A stretch of 64,000 bases of DNA from the IMG/VR virus record IMGVR_UViG_3300005095_000015, positions 1 through 64,000 of that record. One strand, given 5' to 3'. The notes beneath the pieces were generated by a model. The model was not told where the DNA came from, made no database searches, and worked only from the letters and a program-made list of their open reading frames with translations. Position 1 is the stretch's first letter. Each line of letters begins with the position of its first letter. A program made the translations under genes and the position numbers. Source of the DNA: a virus. Below are positions 9,315 to 18,811 of the stretch, piece after piece.

Positions 9315-10217
9315 ATGATCCTTTTAGTTGATGGCAACAGTGTAGGTTGGACGGTATGGCATGCTTTGCCTAAGTCGATTAAGGAATCAGATGATATGGG
9401 CTTGGTTTGCGGTGTATGGAGGCATGCTTTCCTTACCAAACTTATAAAGCTGGTGAAGAAGATTGGGAATGGTAGAGCGGTGTATACATTAGTTGTATGG
9501 GATGGTAAGAAAGGAGCTAAAAATAGAAGGGTTTTGTGTGAGCAGTACAAAAAGAAAAGATCCGAGGAAAGGAGAAAGGCAAAGGAAAGGAAGGACGATG
9601 TAAATCTAAGATATTTTGAAGCAGTGAAGATTTTTAAGAAAATGCTTAAAGAGACGCAGACAGGGCAGAAGCTTTTTATCAGGATTGACGAACTGGAAGC
9701 AGATGATTCCATAGCGGCTTTGTGTGTAGTAACTGATCCTGATACGCCGGTTGTTGTCTACAGTGGTGATATGGATTTGCTTCAGTTGCTTCAGTATAAA
9801 GGGGTAAGGGTTATTGCGCCTAGAGATGATAAGGAGTGGGATGCTCAAAGAGTTATGACAAGGTTTTGGGTAAAGCCTGAATACCTTTGGGTGTATAAAG
9901 CTGTAGTAGGTGATCCTTCAGATGAGTGGGTGGGGATTAAAGGTGTGGGTGAGAAGAAGTTTAAAAAGGTGATACAGGAGAAAGGTATCCACGGGGTATT
10001 CAAAGAATGGCAGGATAGGGAGGAGTTTAAGCTTGGTGAGAAGCTTTGTAAGTTGCCTGCAGAGTGGTTGTTGGAGCAAGTGTTTGGTGGAGCCTGGGAA
10101 TCAGTGTTTTTAGAAATGTTAGACAACTTTCTACAGGTGGAGTTAGATCCAGCAGAGATTGCTTTAGCTCTTGACTTGAGAAAACTTTCCACAGCCGATT
10201 TGCAATATCTTATGTAG
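9315..10217 (+). CDS. 5'-3' exonuclease / T4 RNase H-like flap endonuclease
   Basis: LLVDGN, VWDG, EADD, SGDMD, H3TH motif GDPSDEWVGIKGVGEK. Confidence 0.88.
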   Translation: MILLVDGNSVGWTVWHALPKSIKESDDMGLVCGVWRHAFLTKLIKLVKKIGNGRAVYTLVVWDGKKGAKNRRVLCEQYKKKRSEERRKAKERKDDVNLRYFEAVKIFKKMLKETQTGQKLFIRIDELEADDSIAALCVVTDPDTPVVVYSGDMDLLQLLQYKGVRVIAPRDDKEWDAQRVMTRFWVKPEYLWVYKAVVGDPSDEWVGIKGVGEKKFKKVIQEKGIHGVFKEWQDREEFKLGEKLCKLPAEWLLEQVFGGAWESVFLEMLDNFLQVELDPAEIALALDLRKLSTADLQYLM

Positions 10218-10482
10218 GAGAGTGTAATGTTTAATCTCAAGGTTTATTGTACTTTGTATGATGGTAAAGTGAAGATTGTCGAGTACCATCCACTTATTAC
10301 TAGAACCTTTCCTACAAGGAAAGAGTTACAAGACTACTTAGAGATGTGTTTTGCAGAAGCTTGCGATCAGGTCAAGTTTGAACAAGGAACTTATCAAGTT
10401 GAGTGTGACTATCCTATACCTATGCAGGACAGAAAAATCAAAGTGAAATACAAGTTCACTATAACGGAGGAGGGCAAGAAGT

Positions 10483-12609
10483 ATGGAAAAAGTAGCAGCC
10501 GAATTCCAAGTAAAAAAGAGGAACGGAAGCATTGTCTCTTTCGATTACTGGAGAATCTACCACGCCGTTAAAAAGGCTTTTAACTCAGTAAATCTCAATT
10601 CTTACTTATCTCCTCAGCAGGAACATGAAGTAAAGTCCGTAGCTGACACAGTTTTTACTAAGCTTTATTCCGAGTTTTTTAAGTATGGCTCAATTCCTCA
10701 TGTGGAACGGATTCAGGACATAGTTGAGACAACCTTGATGGAGAAAGGATTTCCCGAGGTTGCCAAGGCTTACATACTTTACCGTGAAAAGAGAAGACAG
10801 GCAAGAGAGATTAGTGAAGCTTTAGTGGACGGAATAAATCTTATAGATGATTATTTGGAAGAGGAAGATTGGAGAGTAAGAGAAAACTCAAATATGACTT
10901 ATTCACTACAAGGACTTAACTTTCATGTATCTTCTTCTATTGTAGCTCGCTATTGGCTTACCAAGATATATCCAAAGGAGGTGGCGGAGGGTCATCAGAA
11001 TGGTGATTTTCACATACATGATTTGGGCTGTTTATCAGCTTATTGTGTGGGTTGGGATTTGTATGATCTGCTTCTTAGGGGTTTTGGCGGTGTTAGAGGA
11101 AAGATAGAAAGTAAACCAGCTAAGCATTTTAGAAGTGCTTTGGGTCAGGTAGTTAATTTCTTTTTCAGTCTTCAAGGAGAAGCAGCGGGGGCTCAAGCAT
11201 TTTCTAATTTTGACACTTTACTTGCTCCTTTCATTCGCTATGATAAATTGACTTATCCTGAAGTAAAGCAAGCACTGCAAGAATTTCTTTTCAACATGAA
11301 TGTACCTACGAGAGTCGGGTTCCAGACACCTTTCACGAATCTCACATTTGATCTTAAACCTTCCTCTATTTATGCTAATATGGCTGTTATTGTAGGAGGG
11401 CAGGCTAAGGATGAGACTTATGCTGAGTTTTGTGAGGAAGTGATAATGATAAATCGTGCCTTTTGTGAGCTTATGATGGAAGGTGATGCGAAGGGCAGGA
11501 TCTTCACCTTTCCAATCCCGACCTATAACATTACGAAGGACTTTGATTGGGACAATTCTGAGTACACACCTCTTTGGGAAATGACGAGAAAGTACGGCAT
11601 TCCTTACTTTGCTAATTATGTGAATTCTGATATGGATCCAGCGGATGCTATGAGTATGTGCTGCAGGTTGAGACTTGATAAGAGAGAGATACAGAAAAGG
11701 AACAAAACGCTTCAGAAGAGAGGCGGTGGATTGTTTGCGTCTAACCCTTTGACTGGTTCAATAGGTGTTGTTACTATTAATCTCCCTCGTATAGCCTACT
11801 TATCATCTTCTGAAGATGAATTCTTTGAAAGGCTTACCGAAGCAATGGAGCTTGCTAAGACTTCTTTGGAGATTAAGCGTAAAGTAGTCGAGGAGCTTAC
11901 CGAAAGAGGTTTATATCCATACTCCAAGGTTTATCTTGAGTCAGTAAAACAAGCAACTGGTAAGTATTGGACAAACCATTTTTCTACTATAGGTTTGGTA
12001 GGTATGCATGAGATGTGCCTTAACTTTCTCGGTCTACCTATCTATGATCCTGATGCTAAGCAGTTTGCTATAAAAGTGCTTAAGTTTATGAGAGAAAAAA
12101 TTTTGAAGTTTCAAGAGGAAACCGATAATCTTTACAATCTTGAAGCTACTCCTGCAGAAGGTGCAAGTTACAGACTTGCTAAAGTGGATAAGAAAAAATT
12201 TCCTAACATTAAAACATCTGGTACAGATGCTGTACCTTACTATACAAATTCTTGTCATTTACCGGTAGACTACTCTGACGATGTTTTTGAAATATTGACA
12301 CATCAGGATGATCTTCAGGTGCTCTTTACCGGAGGAACCGTCATCCATCTCTATATAGGAGAAGAGATCTACAGTGCTGAGCTTGTAAAGGAAATGGTTA
12401 AGACGATTACTCAAAACTTCCGTTTACCTTACTTTAGTATCACCCCAACCTTCTCTATTTGTCCTGTTCATGGTTACATACCAGGCAAGCATGAGTTTTG
12501 TCCTTATCCACACACAGAGGAAGAGCTTAAGAAGTATGGTATAGAGATTGAGGTTGGGGATAAGTTTTTGAGCAGGACAAGTCCTAATACTTATAAAGTA
12601 AATATGTAG
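10483..12609 (+). CDS. nrdD: anaerobic (class III) ribonucleotide reductase large subunit with ATP cone, lacking the glycyl-radical C-terminus
   Basis: VKKRNG ATP cone, HIHDL, AYCVGW, MCCRL, EATPAE, YYTNS, CPVHGY..CP; no RVxGY motif. Confidence 0.92.
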   Translation: MEKVAAEFQVKKRNGSIVSFDYWRIYHAVKKAFNSVNLNSYLSPQQEHEVKSVADTVFTKLYSEFFKYGSIPHVERIQDIVETTLMEKGFPEVAKAYILYREKRRQAREISEALVDGINLIDDYLEEEDWRVRENSNMTYSLQGLNFHVSSSIVARYWLTKIYPKEVAEGHQNGDFHIHDLGCLSAYCVGWDLYDLLLRGFGGVRGKIESKPAKHFRSALGQVVNFFFSLQGEAAGAQAFSNFDTLLAPFIRYDKLTYPEVKQALQEFLFNMNVPTRVGFQTPFTNLTFDLKPSSIYANMAVIVGGQAKDETYAEFCEEVIMINRAFCELMMEGDAKGRIFTFPIPTYNITKDFDWDNSEYTPLWEMTRKYGIPYFANYVNSDMDPADAMSMCCRLRLDKREIQKRNKTLQKRGGGLFASNPLTGSIGVVTINLPRIAYLSSSEDEFFERLTEAMELAKTSLEIKRKVVEELTERGLYPYSKVYLESVKQATGKYWTNHFSTIGLVGMHEMCLNFLGLPIYDPDAKQFAIKVLKFMREKILKFQEETDNLYNLEATPAEGASYRLAKVDKKKFPNIKTSGTDAVPYYTNSCHLPVDYSDDVFEILTHQDDLQVLFTGGTVIHLYIGEEIYSAELVKEMVKTITQNFRLPYFSITPTFSICPVHGYIPGKHEFCPYPHTEEELKKYGIEIEVGDKFLSRTSPNTYKVNM

Positions 12610-12614
12610 TTTGT

Positions 12615-12643
12615 TTTCATCTCTAAGTTTCTCCGGTTATAAT
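12615..12643 (+). promoter_or_regulatory. phage promoter, motif A copy 3
   Basis: TTTCATCTCTAAG-N10-TATAAT. Confidence 0.8.
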
Positions 12644-12735
12644 ATAATGTGAAGGAAAGCAGTTCAAGGAGGTGAAAGCGGCTATAACAAGAATAGTGGT
12701 TGAAGGGTTGAAAAAGGTTAAGGTAAAGTAAGGAG

Positions 12736-13591
12736 GTGAGAATGCCTTGGTGGAAAATTGTTTGGTGTGTAGGTGGTGTTATAACTTTCTTGATTTTGCT
12801 TGTCTTCTTTTTCTCTTTTTGGAAGGAAGAGCTTCGTTTGAAAGGATATCTAACTTTAGGTGAGATTGTAATCTCTTTGTTCATTGTAGCCTTAGTTTCT
12901 TTTTGTTGGGTTGCTGTACCTGCGGCTTTTCTGTTTTGTTTATCGGTGTATCCAGTATATTGGTTGCTTAGTAAAGTATTTAGTGTGAAGGTAATAACGA
13001 GGAGGAACTAAGGATTGGTAGGGTTAAGATTATAAGAAGGGGGTTTGTTATGAGTAAAGAGTCTAAAGGTTGGATTTGTCCTAAGTGCGGGATTGCTTTG
13101 GCACCGTGGATGAGTTTTTGCCCTTTTTGCTCTCGTATAGGTGAACGAAGAGTTGATGAAGGAGAATCAGTAGTTCAACCTCCTGATCCGAACATCAAGC
13201 CTCCAGAATTTGAAGAAGTTAGTGAGGGCGAAGCTCCCGATCCTTTGGGTTGGGCAGCGAATAAGTTAAGTCTTAAGCGCAAGATTGAAGAAGTTATGGA
13301 CAAGGCTAAGAAGTCGAAGCGCGAAGTAATTTATCGCAGTATTCTTTAAATTGGGGGTAGTCTATGAGCGACTTTCCTTTTGAAACTATAACAAAGGACA
13401 ATGGTGAGTTACTTGTTAAGTTTGACGAAGAGAATGTTAAAAGGTATTTAGATTGGGCAGTGGAAAAGTGGAGAAAGCGTTTGAACGATGCACAGCAGAA
13501 CAAAAGCAAAGTTGGCGAACTAATTGCAAATTGTTATATTGATGCTTTTCTTTCAGTTAAATGTTCTCTGTTTGGGAGGGAATGGTTATGA
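12736..13591 (+). other. three small accessory ORFs: membrane protein 12736-13011, Zn-ribbon protein 13050-13349, hypothetical 13364-13591
   Basis: ORF track; hydrophobic helices; GWICPKC...CPFC. Confidence 0.55.
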
Positions 13592-13791
13592 ATTGGATGA
13601 ATCCTGTTGATATTACTAATCTGTCTCATCCGTTGAATCCTGCCAACCCTGTAGGTTTAGCAATTTACTCAAGGCATGCAAGTAAAGCGTCTAATTGTGC
13701 GGCTTCGAATGATGGAGTCTAGATTATCCTTTTGGTAGTTTTGTTTATGATTGCTATTGGGTTGTTTTTGAAAGTTGCTGATAAGTGGTAA
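13588..13791 (+). pseudogene. small membrane protein gene interrupted by in-frame TAG at 13720-13722
   Basis: MNWMNPVD...NDGV*IILLVVLFMIAIGLFLKVADKW; good SD; transmembrane helix follows the amber codon. Confidence 0.55.
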
Positions 13792-13804
13792 GGAGGAAAA
13801 TCAC

Positions 13805-13987
13805 ATGATACCTACTTACGCCGAGTTTCTTATCAAGTTTAAAGATTTGCTTTACAACTATCCATTGATTGTCATTTTACATGCATTTGAAGATTACCTG
13901 ACCGGTGGAGAGAATGCAGCTAAGCAGGTATTTATTGAGTATGATAAAATTTTAAATACAACTGAAAGGAGGTGTAGTGATGAGTAA
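13805..13987 (+). CDS. hypothetical protein
   Basis: SD AAGGAGG before ATG 13805. Confidence 0.55.
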   Translation: MIPTYAEFLIKFKDLLYNYPLIVILHAFEDYLTGGENAAKQVFIEYDKILNTTERRCSDE

Positions 13988-14135
13988 GAAGGTTGTTGTA
14001 GTACCCTGCGAAGTTTACTCTAGGGTAGTAGGTTATTTTAGACCAGTGCAGAACTGGAACAAAGGCAAGCAGCAGGAGTTCAAGGAGAGGAAGACCGTAA
14101 GGTTAGATTCTTTTAAAAAACAGTTGTCAAAGTAA
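13980..14135 (+). CDS. stand-alone glycyl-radical domain of class III RNR, 51 aa (not in ORF track)
   Basis: MSKKVVVVPCEVYSRVVGYFRPVQNWNKGKQQEFKER matches the canonical NrdD C-terminus; SD AAGGAGGTG. Confidence 0.9.
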   Translation: MSKKVVVVPCEVYSRVVGYFRPVQNWNKGKQQEFKERKTVRLDSFKKQLSK

Positions 14136-14152
14136 ATTAGGAGGGACTAGGT

Positions 14153-15115
14153 ATGATTACTCTTCGTCAGTTTTTAAACCACTCTCGCCCCGCTTTTGAC
14201 AAGCTATTTCAAACAAGAATGGTTTATTCAGCTCCTGATAGTTTGTTACTTTCAGCTTTAGGTGCTCGTATTTGTTATTCAGCAGATCATCCTATCAAAC
14301 TTCTTCGTAAAGATCCCCGTGTAAATTCTTTGGAAGACCGAGTAAAGTTTCTCACTCGTCTTTACCAAGCTAAACATTTCTCAGTCTTCGCTCATTCCCC
14401 ATTCTTTTTTGTAGAACCAGCAGAAAGAAAGCCTTTGATTTTGTTTAAGTTGTGGTTTGTAGATAAAGGGGCAGATAGATACTACTGTGGTAACTTTAGG
14501 CATTTAGCCGAGGCATGCAAGTTTAACAGTTTATCAGCAGAAGCATTCGAGCTTTATTTGAGACATGTTTCTGATTTAGCTCAGGGTGTAGATATTAGTT
14601 TGTGGGTTTCTTGGGAGTTTGATGATGAGCCTACAGTAGTTGAACTTAGTGATTATGGCTATGGTGAAGATTTAGAGAAATCTTGTGTGCTTTGTTTCTA
14701 CATTGATTCTTTTCCTTGGGGTTGGTTTAGTTTTATAATACATGGAGCATCTCGAGTATTTAGCCATCAACTTGTTCGTCATACTTGGTTGAACTTTAGT
14801 CAGAGGAGCCATCGTTATACGAAAGTAGATAGAGTTGTTAAGCCTTGTTTGGCTGAAGACCTTCACTATAGCTTTGACGAAGCTGTATGGCTCTCTATTA
14901 GGACATATCATACTTTGGTTGAACTGGGTACTCCCAAAGAAGACGCTCGCTTTATAGCTCCTACTGGTACAGCTACTACTATCATGGCTTCAGGTCCGCT
15001 CTTTGTTTGGCAAGACTTTGTAGAAAAACGCAATCATCAGCGGGCTCAGTGGGAAATACGAAGATTCGCTCAGATAGTCGATCTTTGCATCAAGAAATGC
15101 TGTCCAGTATTATAG
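14153..15115 (+). CDS. thyX: FAD-dependent thymidylate synthase
   Basis: HFSVFAH, SRVFSHQLVRH..FSQRSHRY, EDARF, AQWEIR. Confidence 0.9.
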   Translation: MITLRQFLNHSRPAFDKLFQTRMVYSAPDSLLLSALGARICYSADHPIKLLRKDPRVNSLEDRVKFLTRLYQAKHFSVFAHSPFFFVEPAERKPLILFKLWFVDKGADRYYCGNFRHLAEACKFNSLSAEAFELYLRHVSDLAQGVDISLWVSWEFDDEPTVVELSDYGYGEDLEKSCVLCFYIDSFPWGWFSFIIHGASRVFSHQLVRHTWLNFSQRSHRYTKVDRVVKPCLAEDLHYSFDEAVWLSIRTYHTLVELGTPKEDARFIAPTGTATTIMASGPLFVWQDFVEKRNHQRAQWEIRRFAQIVDLCIKKCCPVL

Positions 15116-15128
15116 AGGAGGTGAGCTT

Positions 15129-15410
15129 ATGCCTCTTATTAGTTACAGGTGTCCGTACTGCAATGGTAAAGGTTCTTACCAGACTGTGTGTATGTTGTGT
15201 GAAGGTACAGGAAAGTTAGAAGAGAACGGACAAGAGGTGATTTGTTATAATTGCAATGGGAATGGTTACATTGAGCCTAAGTGTGATGTATGCCACGGTA
15301 AAGGCTTTATTGTCATGGATGTGGATGAGCACTTTGTAGATGCAATTGATTTGTATTCGTCCTATGAGGTTTGGGAAGTTTTTAAGATCAAGAAGTCTGA
15401 TTTGCCATAG
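15129..15410 (+). CDS. DnaJ-type zinc finger protein
   Basis: Four CxxCxGxG repeats. Confidence 0.75.
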   Translation: MPLISYRCPYCNGKGSYQTVCMLCEGTGKLEENGQEVICYNCNGNGYIEPKCDVCHGKGFIVMDVDEHFVDAIDLYSSYEVWEVFKIKKSDLP

Positions 15411-15421
15411 GAGGGTTTGAT

Positions 15422-16225
15422 ATGTTAAAGGTGGGAGATAAGGTAAAAGTAAAGACTTTTGAAGAGCTCAGTAAAAATGCTAAGGATGTGCTTGGTGATA
15501 ACAAATTGTTTTTTGGTTTTTCGATTCCGTATCTTACTTCTGAGATGCAAAGGTTTTGTGGTAAAGAAGTGACTATAGCTGCATGCCTGGGGAATCGCTT
15601 GTATTGGATTGAAGAGGATAATCATAGTCATACTTGGCATGAAATGTTTTTTGAATCACCTGAAGTGCTAGCAGAGGAACTAGATGAGGGAGTAAAGAAG
15701 GTGTTGAAAGACATTGTTGATAGATCAGATGTGTGTATAAAGAGCTTTGCTGGGGTTAAGCATGATGAAGGTAAAGCCCGCTTTGACCTCATTCCTCCAG
15801 AACCTCTCTGGGAACTTGCCAGACTTTATACCAAAGGTGCTGAGAAGTACGGAGACAGGAACTGGGAAAAGGGAATGAGATGGGGAAAGGTATTTGCTGC
15901 TATGATGAGACATGCTTGGAAGTGGTGGCAGGGTGAGGAGTATGATCCAGAGGACGGGCAACATCATCTTGTCTCAGTGGCTTGGTGTGCTTTTGCTCTT
16001 TATACTTACTATGTAAGAGGGGTAGGAGAGGATGACAGAGTGAAATCCAGAAAGAATTGCCCTGTCTATGAGCAAAGCAATTTCATTACCCATACTTGGG
16101 CTGATTGTCCTGGCGTATTTTCTATTCCTGATTATGAGGCTGGTGATTTGAAATGTAATGAATGCGGCGCTTCGTTGAGAGGCGAGATAGAGAATTTTGT
16201 TTCATCTCTCAGGTACAGAGGTTAA
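15422..16225 (+). CDS. dATP/dGTP diphosphohydrolase (DUF5664) domain protein with extra N- and C-terminal segments
   Basis: KHDEGKARFDLIP...GAEKYGDRNWEKG...MMRH...DPEDGQHHL. Confidence 0.8.
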   Translation: MLKVGDKVKVKTFEELSKNAKDVLGDNKLFFGFSIPYLTSEMQRFCGKEVTIAACLGNRLYWIEEDNHSHTWHEMFFESPEVLAEELDEGVKKVLKDIVDRSDVCIKSFAGVKHDEGKARFDLIPPEPLWELARLYTKGAEKYGDRNWEKGMRWGKVFAAMMRHAWKWWQGEEYDPEDGQHHLVSVAWCAFALYTYYVRGVGEDDRVKSRKNCPVYEQSNFITHTWADCPGVFSIPDYEAGDLKCNECGASLRGEIENFVSSLRYRG

Positions 16226-16228
16226 AAT
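16200..16228 (+). promoter_or_regulatory. phage promoter, motif A copy 4 (variant)
   Basis: TTTCATCTCTCAG-N10-TAAAAT, same spacing as the other copies. Confidence 0.7.
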
Positions 16229-16263
16229 ATAAAGTGAAGGAAAAATAGATCGAGGAGGAAGGG

Positions 16264-16865
16264 ATGGTTGAGTGGGAGAAAATATTGAAGGTAGACAGAG
16301 GATATCAACTTTTGATAGATGGCTTTACTTTTTATCAAGGTATTTATCGTGGTACAGTTGATGGCTTTTTGTTGTTCGCTTGGTATCATTGCGTAACTTT
16401 TCCGGAGGAAGAAAGAAAAGGTAAGGTTCAAATATATCCTATCTATGTGCAACCAAGTAGTCTTTCAGTTGCCTCTTTATCACCTTCTGCAAAGGAAGAG
16501 TTTGAACGGTTTACAAATGAAGAACTTTATGAAGTGGAGGAGCTGTTATGATAGTATTGGTTTTTACAAGTTTTGGAATGTTTATAGGTAAGGATGGTGG
16601 GTTAGATACAGAGAAGAGATTAGAAAACCCTTGTTTAGTTTTACAGTTACAAGCTATGTCTGATGGGAGAATATCATCGGGTTTAGTCCCTTTGGAGACA
16701 AAGTGGCTTAGGTTGAACTGTGACTTTGCGTTTTGTCCTGCACCTAAGCATTTTGAGGAAAAGTATTTATCAGCAGTTACTGGGATAGCAGTGGCAGATC
16801 ATTTAGATGTGAATCAGGTAAATCATTTTCTTAGCTCTTTGAAAAAGTTCAAGGGTGAGGGGTAA
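16264..16865 (+). other. two small hypothetical ORFs (16264-16551, 16548-16865)
   Basis: SD sites and overlapping stop/start codons. Confidence 0.55.
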
Positions 16866-16867
16866 GA

Positions 16868-17509
16868 ATGCGAAGAATATGTTTAAACATTCTCGTTCCT
16901 TCATTCATAGTATTTACAGCTTTTGGCTCGTTGTTTTTCCTGAGAGGTGTGGATAAACATCACGGTGTAAAAGTGGTGAGTAAGAAATCAGTAAGTAAGG
17001 CGTGCAAAAACAAACAGCAAAGAATTAAACAAATTCTTTATAAGAAAGCCTTGAGTTATTCTAAATCTTATGTACCGAAAAGTTTGGTGTTTTCTATAGT
17101 TGACCAGTGTCTAAAGGTTAATCATAGTCTATTGGTTCTTTCTATCATTACTGAGGAATCACATTTTGACATATTTGCAAGAAGTAGAAGTGGGGCGGTT
17201 GGGTGCGGGCAGATAAAGTGGAAGTTTTGGAAGGAGAGACTCAGAAGTGTTGGAATCAACTCGTATCGTGATATGTTTGATCCTAAACTTTGTGTGCAAG
17301 CTGTCAACTTTGTTTTTTCTTATTATTTAAACAAGGTTAAAGATCCTGTCAAAGCATTACAACTCTATTATTGTGGAGAGAATAATCCAGATTGCAAGGT
17401 AGGTAGGTACTATGCTGATAAGGTTTTAGCTACTTATGCGAGGTATAGTTTTGCATTGAGGCAGGGGGTTGATGATGAAAGAGAAATATTGGCATTTGGT
17501 AAAAGATAA
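16868..17509 (+). CDS. lytic transglycosylase (SLT family) with N-terminal membrane anchor
   Basis: EESHF...ARSRSGAVGCGQI...MFDP...ALQLYY...YADKV. Confidence 0.8.
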   Translation: MRRICLNILVPSFIVFTAFGSLFFLRGVDKHHGVKVVSKKSVSKACKNKQQRIKQILYKKALSYSKSYVPKSLVFSIVDQCLKVNHSLLVLSIITEESHFDIFARSRSGAVGCGQIKWKFWKERLRSVGINSYRDMFDPKLCVQAVNFVFSYYLNKVKDPVKALQLYYCGENNPDCKVGRYYADKVLATYARYSFALRQGVDDEREILAFGKR

Positions 17510-18015
17510 GCGGTTTGAGAACTGTGCTGAGTATCAGAGACCACCTTGGTGCGATTACAAGGAAGCACTTGATTATAGAATAGGATGCTGGAGATTAATA
17601 GATGGATCAATTACAAATAGTATGCAGTGTATAGGGTGCCCTCATTATAAATATAAAAAGCAGGAGGTGCAAGATGTTTAAAAGAGCTCTGCTTTTAGTG
17701 TTATTTCTGTTTGTATTTTGTGTTGGTTTGAGTAAGGCAGATCAGGTATTTTCAATTACAGAGTCAAGAGTTACTAATTGTTCGTATGGTTATGCTTTGC
17801 TGAGTTATTGTTTTTGGAAGAGTGATGAGTATACCTCTTGTAAGGATGTAACAACGAACTTTGCTTCTTTTGTGTACAAGTTGACTAATGATAATACTAT
17901 GGCTTCTACACTGGAGGATAGTTGTTATGATATATGTATTAGAGCAAAGAGCAACCCTATTCTTGGGTTAAAGCGTTTAGTTGATTACGGTTCCTCTTGC
18001 TATTTGGGTAGATAG
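17469..18015 (+). other. two small Cys-rich ORFs (17469-17681; 17674-18015 with signal peptide)
   Basis: MFKRALLLVLFLFVFCVGLSKA-D signal-peptide-like N-terminus. Confidence 0.55.
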
Positions 18016-18028
18016 AGGAGGTGTATAA

Positions 18029-18808
18029 ATGAGTATGTGGAAAGGGTATTTTGTATGTCCAAATTGTGGCAAGCAAAACCCTTTATTGCAGTGGATGATT
18101 AAGGAAGGGGATTCGCTGATTTTAGAGTTTGAAACTACTTCTGATGAGCGGTGCTTAGTGTTTGCTTGCCCGCATTGTGGTGCGAAGGTAAGATTTGGTA
18201 TAAAAAAGGATGATGGGGGTAAGTCGATGGAAACAGTAAAAGCGGGAAGGGATCTAATTAGAGAGGATGTAAATGATGAATTGATTAGGGCTGTGGAGTA
18301 TTCGAATGGAAGTCTGGAGGTTAGGAAGGAAATTCCTTTTAATGAGAGTTTTGAAATTAATTCTCGTCCTTCTTGGCATGAGTACTTTATGGAGATTGCA
18401 AAGTTAGTAGCACGCAGGAGCACATGTTTAAAACGCAAGGTAGGTGCGGTAGCTATTGATCCTCAATCAAAACAGATACTTGCTACTGGTTACAATGGTG
18501 CAGCATCAGGATCAAAGCATTGCTCTGAGCTTGGCTGTCTTAGGAGAGATATTCCTTCAGGTGAGCGATTTGAGCTTTGCAGAGCCGTTCATGCTGAGGC
18601 AAATTTGCTATGCCAAGCAGCGAGGCGCGGGGTTAGTTTGATAGGTGCTTGGGTTTATTGTACACATAAACCTTGTTATTGGTGTATGAAGCAGTTGATA
18701 AATGCAGGAATTACCAAAGTTATTTATGAGCAAGATTATCCTCACGATAAGCTTGTGGAGGAATTAATTAGTCAGAAGTTGATTCAAGTTGAAAAATACG
18801 GAGGGTAG
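18029..18808 (+). CDS. dCMP deaminase with N-terminal Zn-ribbon extension
   Basis: [28 protein letters not shown]. Confidence 0.9.
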   Translation: MSMWKGYFVCPNCGKQNPLLQWMIKEGDSLILEFETTSDERCLVFACPHCGAKVRFGIKKDDGGKSMETVKAGRDLIREDVNDELIRAVEYSNGSLEVRKEIPFNESFEINSRPSWHEYFMEIAKLVARRSTCLKRKVGAVAIDPQSKQILATGYNGAASGSKHCSELGCLRRDIPSGERFELCRAVHAEANLLCQAARRGVSLIGAWVYCTHKPCYWCMKQLINAGITKVIYEQDYPHDKLVEELISQKLIQVEKYGG

Positions 18809-18811
18809 GTA

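Noticed and set aside
13720-13722. Genome-wide TAG recoding
   Set aside because: Long genes have no internal TAG, many end in TAG (recA, nrdD, thyX), and no suppressor tRNA was seen
12610-13979. Group I intron or intein splitting nrdD
   Set aside because: The interval contains a promoter and ordinary ORFs, with no homing endonuclease or intron core seen; both parts have their own start and stop codons
15422-16225. DUF5664 as a sign of a Z-base or 7-deazaguanine modified genome
   Set aside because: No PurZ, DpdA or Que genes in this window, and the domain is widespread on its own
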